A DNA stretch of 64,000 bases from Phoronis australis. Its lineage: Eukaryota > Animalia > Phoronida. Numbering within the stretch: position 1 is the first letter of the stretch; each line of letters opens with the position of its first letter. This document shows positions 1 to 13,600 of this stretch, one piece after another. Made by a program: the position numbers and the translations under genes. The DNA is taken from contig NMRA01000526.1 in the NCBI GenBank assembly GCA_002633005.1, forward strand, positions 239,417 through 303,416. Reading direction: 5' to 3'. The notes below the pieces were generated by a model, which made no database searches, was not told where the DNA came from, and worked only from the letters and a program-made list of their open reading frames with translations.

Positions 1-1988
1 CATGTAACCCATTCTGTCGCTGTAGTGCCGAATCCAGTTTCCGATTCACATTGCCAATGATTAGCTGCAATTATCAAAAAAACATGTTAAAGTGAGATGC
101 ATGCATTGTCAAAATCTTAAAATTTCTTCACTACACAACTTTCCAAGTGATTAATAACCAGTAATACTTTGGTTTGCACTAACTTTAAACTAGGAAAGAA
201 AGCATGGTATTGCAATAACGTGATGTCATCTACTATGTTAGTATCTAATCGTTATGCAGCATATTAAGCATGATATTCAGAACTTAACTTTGAAGCACCA
301 GCAGTGGTACAAGCACTTTCATATGTGGTTCCACGACACTGCCTATCAATGTTGATCAACGCAATACATCACACACCAAAAATAATGAATGTGATCAATT
401 TGTAAAGCTTAACAGACAGAGCACTGAATTTAAGAAGCTGAAAAATCGGGTTCCTTACTAAAACAATGCTTCAAGAAGCATGAATTGGGAATGGGCATTT
501 CACAACCAAGTAATTTGAATTAACACACATAATGGTGCCCTGGTGTCAGTTAATTCATATGCCAGAGCTAAAAGCAATGCCTGAAGATAGAAAATACACA
601 GTGTTTCAATCAAATGTAAGCAGATTATCTGGCTTTTAATAAATCTTCAAATTGTGACATGGGCAATGATCCTTCAAGAGATTTGGCAGATACACAGGTG
701 GATGAAAAAAGTCACTCCGAAATTTTAAAAATAGCCACCACACACAAATACTTGGTTGCGTAAAAAGTAGTCAATTTTTAAAGGAGAATAGAGAAAATTT
801 GCAATTACGGTTGCTATTATTATGACTCTTTAACTATCAGCGAACATACTGGACACATTTCTCTTTCTTCTTCTATATCCAAATTTCGTTCTTCAATGTA
901 TTCATCACTGTCGTCCACAGTTCGATTTTGAACGATTGAACGAACCTCCGTCGTATACCAATCGTCAGTATCCTGTAGTTCTGAAATTAAAAGATTTTTA
1001 GATTTAGAATCTAGTATATTTGATTTACATAGTAGCAAGAGGAAAATCCAAAAGTAAATAACTCCACAGTGGTCCTTGCCACATTCATCATTCTAGAATG
1101 TAATGTAGCCAGAGCTTTAAATACACAACGAATTCCAATTGCTTCCAGCAATAGCATTGGAAATGACAACTGACATGAATCAATCTCAGAACCCAAATCA
1201 ATTGCATGAAGGCAAACAAAAAACTACAAATGTCACTGGGGACACAGCATTAGTCATATATGTCTATAATTTATGGTCCCTTGTTCTCATGTTGATAAAT
1301 ACACTTGGCCAGAGATCATCTTAGATACTTAATAGAGCTCTGCAACCAAAAATAAGCTGATGTGCGGTGCATCACATTAGTCAGAGGCATCCAAAAATCA
1401 TTGCCAACCATACTCTTCTCAGCAAGAACATGTTATGCAAACTTTCATGATCATTCAAGTTGTTTGTCTGATATAGAGACAGATGCCAAACTTATATACT
1501 GGTATAGAATTCATCAAATTCATTTATACATATCTGCATTACAACAAAAATACAATGGAAACAAGAGCAACATGGAGCCTTGCAATGCACCCACGATTCC
1601 ACTGCAAACAGAGTGCTTCTAGAGTTATGGACCAGTATCATAAAAATGGCCGTAAGGTGGTTCAAAATAAGTAAACGCGTGTGAAAATGGGAAGGTGTAG
1701 TTGCCTTCCGAATACAAAACTATTTCCTAAATTTCACTAAAAAATCATCAAAAAACTCCAAAACTTATTAAGGTGAACATAAAGAAACAAAGTGCCATTG
1801 ATAGAAGTGGTAGTACAGTCCGTCAGTTGAAACACATCAGATTCTGTTAATTTTCATAATGATCCTCTCAGTCTATTGGTGGGCACAGGAACATAGTTTT
1901 CATCATTTTAATACCTCCGCAATAATGTACCAATATGAATGTTGGTGCAACAAGGTTAATAGAATATTTTGTGACAAAGCATTCCAGA

Positions 1989-2961
1989 CTAACCCTCATC
2001 ATAAGAGTCAACCTCATCAAAGAACTCATTCCACCACTCCTTGTCCTCTTCTAACGGCATAAATTTTTTCGCAGTGGCGAAAGAAGATTTTAGTTTATGA
2101 ATTTCAAGTTTTTCAAAACTTGGTTTCACCAGTCCAGGTGTTCCAGAAGCCAGAGACTTCAACAGATAGAGTCCTGAAAATGTTTTCATTACAAATATGT
2201 GAAGCAGTTCACTATAGTTTGTAATGGCAAATATAAGTAGTCTGTGATGTGTATAACTAAGTAGTAAGTGATAAATATTTTACATCATGTCAGGACCAAA
2301 TGATGTTCCAGCACAAATTAAACACGTTTGAAGTACAACACAACCCATGCCCTATTAACCTTTAACATTAGACGTCATTACCATGCATCTATCTGGTACA
2401 GAATCTTGATTCAAAAGAATGACAGTGATCACGTACACCTGGGTAGTCATGCCTTCTTGGCATTTCTTTTGTGGTCAGTGAGGTGTGGTACACTCTTTTT
2501 TCAGAAGTACATGGTAGTATTTGTTATTTTGTACACAGAGTATGCTTAGAGTAATTTTAAAGGGAAATCATTATTTTATGAACAATAATTGATATGGGCT
2601 TTATTTTGATTTTTGCATGGTAAACTAAGTGTTTTGTAACTTTTTTGTATTGGCCTTCCACAGGTTACCACATTCAAACCACATTTAAAAAGTCTCAAAG
2701 TAAAAATAGTCACCAGTCTCAGTATTGAAGTCAGCTGGAGTCCATTCTGCATCTGTTGACCACTTTTTTGCAAAGAGTACGCATTTTGCACTGTCATCCC
2801 TTTCAAACGTGAACTGGTGTGGAACAGAGTGGTGCAACAGTACATTTGTTACTAATAGAATGCAGCTTTGGACAGGTGAAGGCCCATTGGTCAATGTACA
2901 TGTTAGAAATTACTTGCTTACCAATGTAATAACACTTGCGGTTGGCTTTATGATTGCTTGA
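1989..2961 (-). mobile_element. Degenerate C-terminal part of a DUF7869/Sola1-like transposase (diverged relative of the 9.4-13.9 kb copies)
   Basis: HSVPHQFTF..KCVLFAKKWSTDAEWTPADFNTET aligns by eye with HSLPYQFKC..KCTISVKKWSADSTWTPADFHIET at 9867-10052; downstream WWNEFFDEVDSYDEG resembles WS*WFQKLDGIEG at ~9450-9490. Confidence 0.55.
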
Positions 2962-5900
2962 ACAATTAATTCGTAAGTTTGTAAACTTTATGTTTTTTCT
3001 TTAACTCAACGTACCACCATGGGTTGATCGTGTTTGAGGGTAATATCCAGACAGAATACTACAGTATGTGATTTGTCACTTCAAACCATAGTCTAAGCCT
3101 GATGCTTTGTCAGAGACATTTTCTCATGTTTGCAATTTCTTCTGAACTGTAATCAAGGCCATTGTCGCACTGCATTCTTATTGGCTTATGGCAATGTAAT
3201 TATCATTGATGATTGCAATTGAGAGATTTTGACATCGTGACATTGCTTTGTTTTTCATATAACTTTTTTTACTCTATGTACAATGTATTTACACTTTATT
3301 CAAATGAGTAATTTCATGTAACTCTGATCTCAGTACTCACTCCGTGAAGTTTGCACGGTAGGCAGCTGACTGAATCCAACTGTTTCTGCCGCACACACTG
3401 ACAATGATTATTTGAAATGGTTCCAAGTCACTAGAAAATTCGAGGATCCGTGCTTGAACATGGGGTATGAGGAGTCAAAAATTCACATAGGTACTAGGAC
3501 TGTGCGACGAAACTCCGCCATTGTGACTTGATAGGCAGTCTGAAAGAAAATGTAAACGGTTACTGTAAATGACTGTTAATTGGTTAAAGAAATATCAATC
3601 TTTGTGTTTGGAAAATATATTTACAGTAGACTTCCTACGAACAACTTTTATTTTTAACATTGCTACAAAGTACACTTGTGAATCTCCATGATAGCAAGAA
3701 GCAGCGTGTGTTGATAAAAACAATGGTGTTGACATGTTTGACATTTATTAAAACTAAATACCAAACATGTCAAGCCTATTTAAATCCATCGTTCTTTCAT
3801 CATTATTCACAAATCCCATTCTGTTGGGTTTGCCTCTTAAAGTAAATTGAACTTTTTAATTACTAATTCCACCTCTCAACTTTTCAACATATTTTCAACA
3901 ATATTGTTTATTTTCTGTACCTCTCTAAGTTCGCCTTTTATCTGGTTCGGCAGCACTGCCCGAAGGTATTGTAGGACTGACTTGGGATATGTATACTGGC
4001 AATCTGGTGGTCCAATTTCTCTTTTCTGAAAGACAAATATTTTTTTAGATTACACCTCGACTGTTTTTTATTGATGGTGGGTCGAGAAGATTGTGGTGGA
4101 GGTAATGGGTAACACTGCTGAAATATCCCATCTGGGGGGTCAAAAATGTTGCTTGTTATATCGTTTTCAGCCAGTGGTTTTCAATGACTTGGGGGTGCTC
4201 GCTCACGCCATACCCCCAAGAAGATTTCGTGTGGTTTGACTAATGTAACCTAACATAATATTTTCCCTTTCTTTAAAATCGTTATTTCTCACAGGAACGT
4301 GGAGACTCAGGGTATTGAAGTAAAGAGTCAGATTTGAAATTTCAATTTCTTGCATCTGAATTAGTAAAACGACAATACATAATGATAAGCAACTATTCTC
4401 ACCTTCAACTTTCTTGCCCATTGGGCATAGTGATAGAACCTAATCTGCTTGTTCGTCTTCCTCTTTATTTTAAACTTTGTTACATTCGCCTCGACTGCGC
4501 TGATGAAGGTGTCTGCCTCAAACCTGTAGATCATTAGATAAAATACATAGTATGCCTCAAGTATATTCGGCGGTACCGCATTTAAGAACCTGGTTTCCCC
4601 AATATTGTTTTTCCCCATTATAACACCAAACTTCTTCTCGAAACCCTACCTACGAGTAGACTATCTGAACTGTAGCATAGTATAGCAGGTATATAACCAT
4701 GACTAGCTGCAAAGGAAAAGTGCCAAGGCAGGCACAGCTTTTGAGATGCAGTGTTCTTATTTTGAAAAAAAAAACGTATCAACAGAATTAACTAATAACT
4801 CATCAAGGAAGCACTGGTTACAGAATCGTATGGCGAATGCAACAAGTCGCCGTACGCCCGTGATCTAGCTGTCTAGTTTCTCTAACACTGGTAAGTTGTG
4901 AAAAAAGATAAATCCTCACCCAAATTCGTTCATTTCTAAGACCATGTGACGTTTTGTCGTTTCTACTTCTTGCTCACGTCGCACTTTTACGCTTGGCAAT
5001 CTACTTTCCATTTTATGTTTCTCCCGCGTGGTTTATTGTGGATCATAATGCACCAACTTGACCCAGTTTTAAGTAAATATGTTGACTCCGCCTGCGTGAC
5101 CTACTTGGGCTGCGTGGACTGTAATTAAGTTAATTATGCACTGCAAATTCGTGTGACATTGTGTGGGAATATTGAAATAGTCAAGACTGCTACGGGGTTT
5201 ATAAGTTTTATTGCCCAAGAACAAGTTTTCACCGAATAATTAACCGAAGTCCTTGAGATTTTCACGTCTCGCCACATAATCGGCTTTTTCTCGGCTTCGG
5301 CAAATCGACCTAATTTGAACTTAGGAACACGATTTCTCGAAAACTGCTCGGTGGATTTCGTTGAAACTTTCCAAATTTATTATTTAGTCATCAATCTCAA
5401 AAACGTTGTTAGGATTTTAGATATAAAGGTCTAGATTTTGCGTAATGTAACAAAGATGACGAACACGACCTCTATTTTTTACAAATATACCTTGCTTTTT
5501 GCGAATTGATTTGCCATAAAAATCAAATGAAAAGGTTAATCGAAAGTTCCTAACAGCGTTTTTGAGGTTACTAGTGAAGTTTTCATTTAAAAAAGGTTTC
5601 ATTAAAATCGATCGAAGAGTTACTTTGCTATGAATGTACCTTTCTGAGAAATAAATTTTTGACTTAAAAAAGGTTTTTACGTAAAAATAATAATGGTATA
5701 TTAATACAAAAAGTATTTTCATATTCCCTGTTCTTTTTTTTCAGAAAATATATACTTTTACTAGTTGACAAAGCTTAGTTTTTTTGATATACGAGTTAGA
5801 ATAGAGGCCACTAAATAAGGTTTGAAATAACCTTAAGATTTCTTTCGTTAAGTACGTTTACATATTTTGGAACATCTTACCAAAAGAGTGGTATTAGTTA

Positions 5901-6499
5901 GGGAGTTCAGTGACACTTTAGACCCATAAATGTCGACCTCTAGAGCCTGAAGACGTATTTTGTCCGCCTCCTTTATATCGTCGTCAGTGGCGTGGTGGCC
6001 CCATAGCTTTATTTCTGTGTTGTTGTCAAGGGTGGTCGTCCTCCATTTGTAATGGGGCTCTTCTTTAAGTTCAGATACCTACAAACGAATGAAAATGGGC
6101 CACAGGTTTCGCCCCTACAGTGAAACTGTCTATACTCGTGTAAAATACTCCAACGCTATGGGGATCAACTTGCAGCCACCAATGGCACGTATAACGTGAT
6201 GTTATGAATGCATAATAATTTATGTTCACATCTCTTTGAAAAACCTCTTTTAATCATTACTTAGTAACTTTTGTGCCACGGGCATTATGCAGACTACTGT
6301 ATGGTTAGTTACAGTTATCTTACTTTTGGTGGAGAACATTTGCTATGGCATTGCTGGTTGTCCTAAAAGGTTAATGAAAATACTTTAAACTGAACAGTAA
6401 ACACCCAATCTAAACATATGTCAAGAAGCAACAATTAATAACTTAAAACTAAACATGTACAGTAAACACCTAAGCTAATTTACCCCACGAAAACCTGTC

Positions 6500-6900
6500 A
6501 TAAACACATGCCAATATTCTCCCCGGGCGCGAAAAATGGTGAAAATAATAGGAAATGGTCGAAACAAGAAATAAATCAGGCAAACATAAAATAAGTCAAT
6601 ACTAAAATAAAACGGCAAACAAATGTGAAACAAGACAATAGGAATAGTAAACAATACATATAAATGTGTACAAGTGAGAATATGAGTCAATGTCACATAT
6701 GAAGTCACTGCAGTGATGTCTCAACTGGATATAATTTGGTAATTGGTCGGTTGATAGTTCCATTTTTGACACGCAAAGTTACGGAACGAACATGTCCGTC
6801 ATGTCCACGGTGAAGCTGTTCAAGATTCCATAGAGGACGAGCCGAGTCCTCGTGAACTAATATGATATGTCCTGGTGCGATAATGTCCTGCTGTCCATGG
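6500..6900 (-). mobile_element. BEL/Pao LTR retrotransposon 3' remnant (DUF5641-like post-integrase tail, probable PPT)
   Basis: Manual minus-strand translation of ~6716-6885: IAPGHIILVHEDSARPLWNLEQLHRGHDGHVRSVTLRVKNGTINRPITKLYPVET, a typical BEL pol C-terminus; purine tract CCCGGGGAGAA at ~6517-6527. Confidence 0.75.
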
Positions 6901-8084
6901 TTTGCTGAGCAGCAAAAAAGGTGTCCCTTTTTAACTTGGTCTTGCGTGAGCTTTATGTTGTACTTATTAGTTTAAATCTGTGAAAGCTCTGAAAGTGGTG
7001 AGTTTGAAAATGATCTCAAGGATTCTTCTGTCTTGGGCTTTGTGACATTCTTTATTTTCAAGTACAGAAATGTACTTTAGACTGTCTTCTGGTGATACAC
7101 CAATGAACAGCTTCACTTCTTCTAGTACTGCTTCTGTGATGTCACAGTTTTGGTGCGTATGCTTTATGTTTTTAAAGGGGAGGTAGAAATCTGGAACCTT
7201 TATCAAGTGTAGTCTGTTCTCTTGTGCAAGAAGGTGATCAACTACGTTTTTTGCTTGAGCATAAGGCAGGTAGTGATATTCTGTCTGTCTACCGATGTCT
7301 AGTATTGGTTGTATTTCATATCTTCTGCAGGGTTGACCTCTCCATTCTTCATTTGATCTGTAAGAGGCTAAGCCATAGTGTTGCTGTCCAGGAATTATCT
7401 GGATTACATGTGTAATCGGGACGCTCAGGGGCGTCTCATTATCGAACTCCGACAGGACTTGTGAACTATTTTAGCGTTAAAACGAACGTACTTTTAAATC
7501 AATAGAAACAATCACCATGTTGTAGTATGTAGTATGCAGCATTTATTAACTAAATAAAACAGTTCAGTCGCTAGTACGTTTTCCGTCGAGCAGGAATCAG
7601 GGTGACCATAAGCAATATTTACACGATCTTGCCAAAAAATGTGCAAAAAAGCCGCAGATGACAAAAGTAAACTAAACAAGCTAAGCTTACTGACAAAAAG
7701 GACGTTTTCAGTCGATCTCAGTAAAAGAGATGTAGTTAACAAAGGAAATTAAAACTAAAGTACGCTACTAACAAAGAGCACATTTTTACTCGATCTCCAC
7801 GAAAAAGGTGCCAAAAAGCCGCAGTTAACAAGGAAAAACTCAAGTACGCTACGAACAAGGAGCACATTTTTACTTGACCAAAGAAAAACCAAACTAAGCC
7901 TAGTGACACCACTACAATATACCCTCATCATGTGACCTTGTGCTTTTACAAGCTCTCTCACCATGCTGTTGTCTTGAGGCCAAGAGTGAATTTTTTTCTC
8001 AATAATCAGCTGCAAGATGTATATCGACAGGTCAGAAAAACAGTTATAATTGATCAGTGAACATACCTTTACAATTAAAAATTA

Positions 8085-8685
8085 CTGGCGTCAGTTCATA
8101 TAATGTGAATGTGAGAGTTGTCGAGTCAGTTTTGTTATAACTCAGCTGTGACAAGTTCGGTCGTTGTTTGCTTTTGTTTACGAGTCAGTCGACATGCCAC
8201 ACTGTTGCTGTGTACTGGGATGTACTTATCATTGCCCAGAGCCTGTAAGCAGCCCTGCTGTGATGTTGAGTAGAGGGAGTGAATACAGGCCCCGTTCAAC
8301 ACCCAGTGACAAGGACAGTTCGTCGTCCAATGAATATATCGGCGAGCCAAATTTTGATAAGTTATTGAGGACTTGTCTAAAGTATTGGAGCAATTTAGCA
8401 GGTGCCAGGTGTGTGGTGAGGGAGTCACACGGCGAGATGTAAGCAGTTTGTGTGCTCAGGTCACCATCCAGTGGGAGTGTGTCGCGGGACACTCGGCAAG
8501 TGAAACAACTGTTCCTCTGTCCGTGAGGCGATAATCAGTACATCTCGGTACGCAGCTACCGTTTGGCATGTTGATTGGCTCGTAAACAAAAGCAACCGGC
8601 GAACAAACTAATCACAACAGAGGTAGAACAAAGACTGACTCTGCAGCTCTTACAGTAAGACTACATGGAATGTAATTGGCGCGAA
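8085..8685. mobile_element. Imperfect inverted repeat with a THAP-like N-terminus starting in each arm (non-autonomous THAP-bearing DNA transposon remnant)
   Basis: 8124-8199 is an imperfect reverse complement of 8564-8640; + ATG 8194 gives MPHCCCVLGCT, - ATG 8569 gives MPNGSCVPRCT. Confidence 0.5.
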
Positions 8686-9449
8686 ATACTTGCCTCCCAA
8701 AACGTAAAGGACGAGTAATTGTTTATATTACAAAAAGCTGTAATTACATGAAAAATATGTCTGGGATAATAAACGAGCGTTATTTTCGCTAAAAATGACA
8801 TGAAAAAAGGTTGTCTTCGCTTTTAATTAAAACAAAAATAAGCTCTCAGTTCTTCATAACCTTAGAAATCACCTTTGGAGTAAGGAATAAGTGGAGGCCA
8901 ATTTCATTATACCAAATGGACTAAAAATTATCGGAATTAGGAAGTACCATTTAATAAATGTTTCGAGCAAATAATATTCTTTCAAAATTCATCCCAGGGG
9001 ACCCCAGGTTATTCAAATGTATGTGTGTATCGCCTCCTACAAAATGCAAGATCTGGGATGCTTGAATTAATTGAAATAATTTTTGACTTTCTCTGCTCCA
9101 CTTTAGTGCTATTTCAAGAATAAGTATTTAAAATTCTGTTTTAGTGCTAAATTTCTAATGTCTAATACTAGCTTTGCACTTGATGACTCCAGCGTTAAGT
9201 ATAATAGTTCGAGACAGAACCCATGATTTCAAGCATTTTGTTGCAGGAATGTAGGATGAGAGAATTATGCATGCGCCATTATGTGTTTCAGCACAGAATA
9301 CATAATACATATAGGGACTTTGCACAAAGTAGAACAGAAAATATCAAACATATTTTGAAGTTCGATTTTGACGCTGCCTCCACAAGCACAATTTGCTGAT
9401 AAAAAGTATAATAGGGTTGAAAAAGTAATAGGTGATGGGTGGTATCTTA

Positions 9450-10620
9450 CCTTCTATACCGTCTAGCTTTTGGAACCACTAGCTCCACCATTGCTTATCT
9501 TCTTCGTTTGTGATGAACTTTTTGGCTGACATAATTGCACTTTTCAGCTTGTGCAGCTCTAGCTTTTCGTAGTTTGGGGTCAGCAACTTTGGGGGATTGA
9601 CTGGGATTGACTTCAGGACGTATGGCCCTGCACAAACACAGCAGTGAGATTAATGCATAAAGCAAATCAATTTCCAAAACATTACACTTTGGTTACAGAG
9701 TGCATATAAGCAAGTAAAAAAACAACCTGTTGCATAACAATGAAAATCAAATTCAGCAAGAATGCTGGCACAGACTGCCACAGACCTCTCTTATGATTGA
9801 ACTTGTGTGCGTGTCTGGAAGCAACACTCTGGACTGAGTCACAAATCTTATTAAATCGTGACAAGTTCAATTAACAGTGAATTGAAAATAATATGTAACA
9901 GCTTTGATTAAACAGAATACCTGATACTGAGTTTCAATGTGAAAGTCCGCTGGTGTCCAGGTGCTGTCAGCGGACCACTTTTTCACAGAGATAGTGCACT
10001 TGCCGTTATGAAGGGAGCATTTAAACTGATAAGGCAATGAGTGATTGTGCATGGGATGTGGTTTATGTTATACAAGAAACAGGGTTTGGAGTGGTGCATC
10101 TTGTGAAGGCTTCCATTAATTTTGGAATCGTAAGAATTGAATGACGAGCCATGTAAATAGAAAAATGAGAAAAAACTTGGTCTACATCTTCATGTGTATG
10201 GCCCACCATTACAAAACCAACTTTAATTTTAGAAAAAATTCGCATTTCAACCAAAAGTGCACAAAGCCCAAATACTACAATATTTTTATTTTCCAACCAA
10301 CAATTGTCCATCTGAAGATACAGAATTGGGGGCAAAAAGCTCATAGATGACAATGTTCATAGCAGGAAATTGGCTGTCACATCTGGCCCATGTATCCACT
10401 GCCCATCATCAAAAAATGATCGTTTGGTGTCCATGGTTAATTACACCAGTGAGATGAGTTCTCAATTTATGCAATTTTTGTAGCGTTTTGCTATAAATAT
10501 TGAAAGCAGGCAGATTCGTTTTTTGTTGGTCCATGCCATCCAGTATTATGCATGCGTATCATCTTGGGCTGGACCTTGCCTTTGAGCAGTGTTTATAATA
10601 TTTTTTCTCTCATTCCTGAA
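9450..10620 (-). mobile_element. DUF7869-type (Sola1-related DDD) transposase pseudogene, catalytic and C-terminal part, apparently intron-containing
   Basis: Motifs DGMDQQKTNLP, LYLQMDNCWLENKN and VGFVMVGHTHEDVDQVFS, with frameshifts and stops. Confidence 0.7.
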
Positions 10621-13600
10621 AAGTAATGAGAATAGTTTCATTATTCAACAGACAACATGTCCTTTAAGATACTCTCATTTCCACCAGATTAGAATGCAAG
10701 AACCTCAGTTATCACTTAACATGGGGACATTTTGAAATTAGAACACTCCATGTATTTTCAGTTTTACCACCGGACTTTACAATATTGATATGCAAAGAAA
10801 CCAAAACATTACAAGTTTTAAAAGCCTTTCATGAGCAAAACTTGATTTGGCAACTTTCGCTCCTAGCCTTGTTTAACTAAAGATTGACTAAATGCAAAAA
10901 AACGCCGGCTCTATACTTTTGGGGATTTCATGACTGAGAAATTTTATGAGAATGAAACTTCATAGAAATCTCTGTTATGGTTAAATTGANACACAAACAA
11001 TTTCACTTGCCAGATACAGTTTATCCCCAGACAGTTTCTTTTTAAGTATTTCATACGTCTTAGCATACCCAATTACTCTCTCCATGTGTATCTGTTTTGA
11101 GGCAATGCGTCTATCCTTTAAAACAGTTTTGCTGTCCAGCTGCTTCTTGCCCTTTGTGGTGGTCGGTACGTTAACTTTTACATCACGGTTGGCAAAAAGG
11201 TCCTCTACCACTATTCCTCTGTCTGCCAAGCATTTAAACTGGTAAGGCAATGAGTGATTGTGCATGGGATTTAAATGTGGTTTATGTTATACATTTTGTA
11301 TATGAATAAGAAACAGGGTTTGGAGTGGTGCATCTTGTGAAGGCTTCCATTAATTTTGGAATTGTAAGAATTCAATGACGAGCCATGTACATAGAAAAAT
11401 GAGAAAAAACTTGGTCTACATCTTCATGTGTATGGCCCACCATTACAAAACCAACTTTAATTTTAGAAAAAATTCGCATTTCAACCAAAAGTGCACAAAG
11501 CCCAAAAACTACATTATTTTTATTTTCCAACCAACAATTGTCCATCTGAAGATACAGAATTGGGGGCAAAAAGCTCATAGATGACAATGTTCGTAGCAGG
11601 ACATTGGCTGTCGCGTCTGGCCCATGTCCCCAGTGCCCATCATCAAAAAATCGATCGTTTGGTGTCCATGGTTAATTACACCAGTGAGATGAGTTCTCAA
11701 TTTATGCAATTTTTGTAGCGTTTTGCTATAAATATTGAAAGCAGGCAGATTGGTTTTTTGTTGGTCCATGCCATCCAGTATTATGCATGCGTATCTTCTT
11801 GGGCTGGACCTTGCCTTTGAGCAGTGTTTATAATATTTTTTCTCTCATTGCTGAAAAGTAATGAGAATAGTTTCATTATTCAACAGACAACATGTCCTTT
11901 AAGATACTCTCATTTCCTCCAGATTATAATGCAAGAACCTCAGTTATCACTTAGCATGGGGACATTTTGAAACTAGAACACTCCATGTATTTTCCGTTTT
12001 ACCACCAGACTTTACAAATATTGATATGCAATGAAACCAAAACATTACAAGTTTTAGAAGCCTTTCATAAACAAAACACGATTTGGCAACTTTCGCTCAT
12101 AGCCTTGTTTAACTAAAGATTGACTAAATGCAGAAAACCGCCGGCTCTATACATTTGGGGATTTCATGACTGTGAGAAATTTCATGAGAATGAAACTTCA
12201 TAGAAATTTGTTCTGGTTAAATTGACTACAGTTATGTACACAGTTCGGTGATTTAGCCACATCGACCTGTAGAACCAGCTGCAACAGAATGTCTTCATTC
12301 TTGCTGATGACTCATCCTTTAGAAAACTCACCGTGTTTATCTGTAAAGCAGTTGTAAGAAATCTTTGGTGCTCAGTCTTAATAATTCTCAAATGGACATT
12401 TTGCTGATACACAATTTGAGTATTCTATAGGCAACCACTTTTGAGTGTTTCAATGACGATAATGAGACGATTTATCATAAACACAGTCATGTACTATGCT
12501 TAACATGTAGTTGGTTAACATGAACACAACACAAACAATTTCACCTGCCAGATACAGTTGATCCCCAGACAGTTTCTTTTTAAGTATTTCATACGTCTTA
12601 GCATACCCAATTACTCTCTCCACGTGTATCTGTTTTGAGGCAATGCGTCTATCCTTTAAAACAGTTTTGCTGTCCAGCTGATTCTTACCCTTTATGGTGG
12701 TCGGTACGTTAACTTTTACATCACGGTTGGCAAAAATGTCCTCTACCACTATTCCTCTGTCTGCCAAGCATTTAAACTGGTAAGGCAATGAGTGATTGTG
12801 CATGGGACTTAAATGTGGTTTTTGTTATACATTTTTGTAAACGAATAAGAAACATGGTTTGGAGTGGTGCATCTTGTGAAGACTTTCATTAATTTTGGAA
12901 TGGTAAGAATTGAATGACGAGCCATGTACATAGAGAAATGAGAAAAAACTTGGTCTACATCTTCATGTGTATGGCCCACCATTACAAAACCAACTTTAAT
13001 TTTAGAAAAAATTCGCATTTCAACCAAAAGTGCACAAAGCCCAAAAACTACAATATTTTTATTTTCCAACCAACAATTGTCCATCTGAAGATACAGAATT
13101 TGGGGCAAAAAGCTCATTGATGACAATGTTCGTAGCAGGACATTGGCTGTCGCATCTGGCCCATGTCCCCACTGCCCATCATCAAAAAAATCGATCGTTT
13201 GGTGTCCATGGTTAATTACACCAGTGAGATGAGTTCTCAATTTATGCAATTTTTGTAGCGTTTTGCTATAAATATTGAAAGCAGGCAGATTCGTTTTTTG
13301 TTGGTTCATGCCATCCAGTATTATGCATGCGTATCTTCTTGGGCTGGACCTTGCCTTTGAGCAGTGTTTATAATATTTTTTCTCTCATTGCTGAAAAGTA
13401 ATGAGAATAGTTTCATTATTCAGCAGACAACATGTCCTTTAAGATACTCTCATTTCCACCAGATTAGAATGCAGGAACCTCANCAAAAGTGCACAAAGCC
13501 CAAAAACTACAATATTTTTATTTTCCAACCAACAATTGTCCATCTGAAGATACAGAATTGGGGGCAAAAAGCTCATAGATGCCAATGTTCGTAGCAGGAC

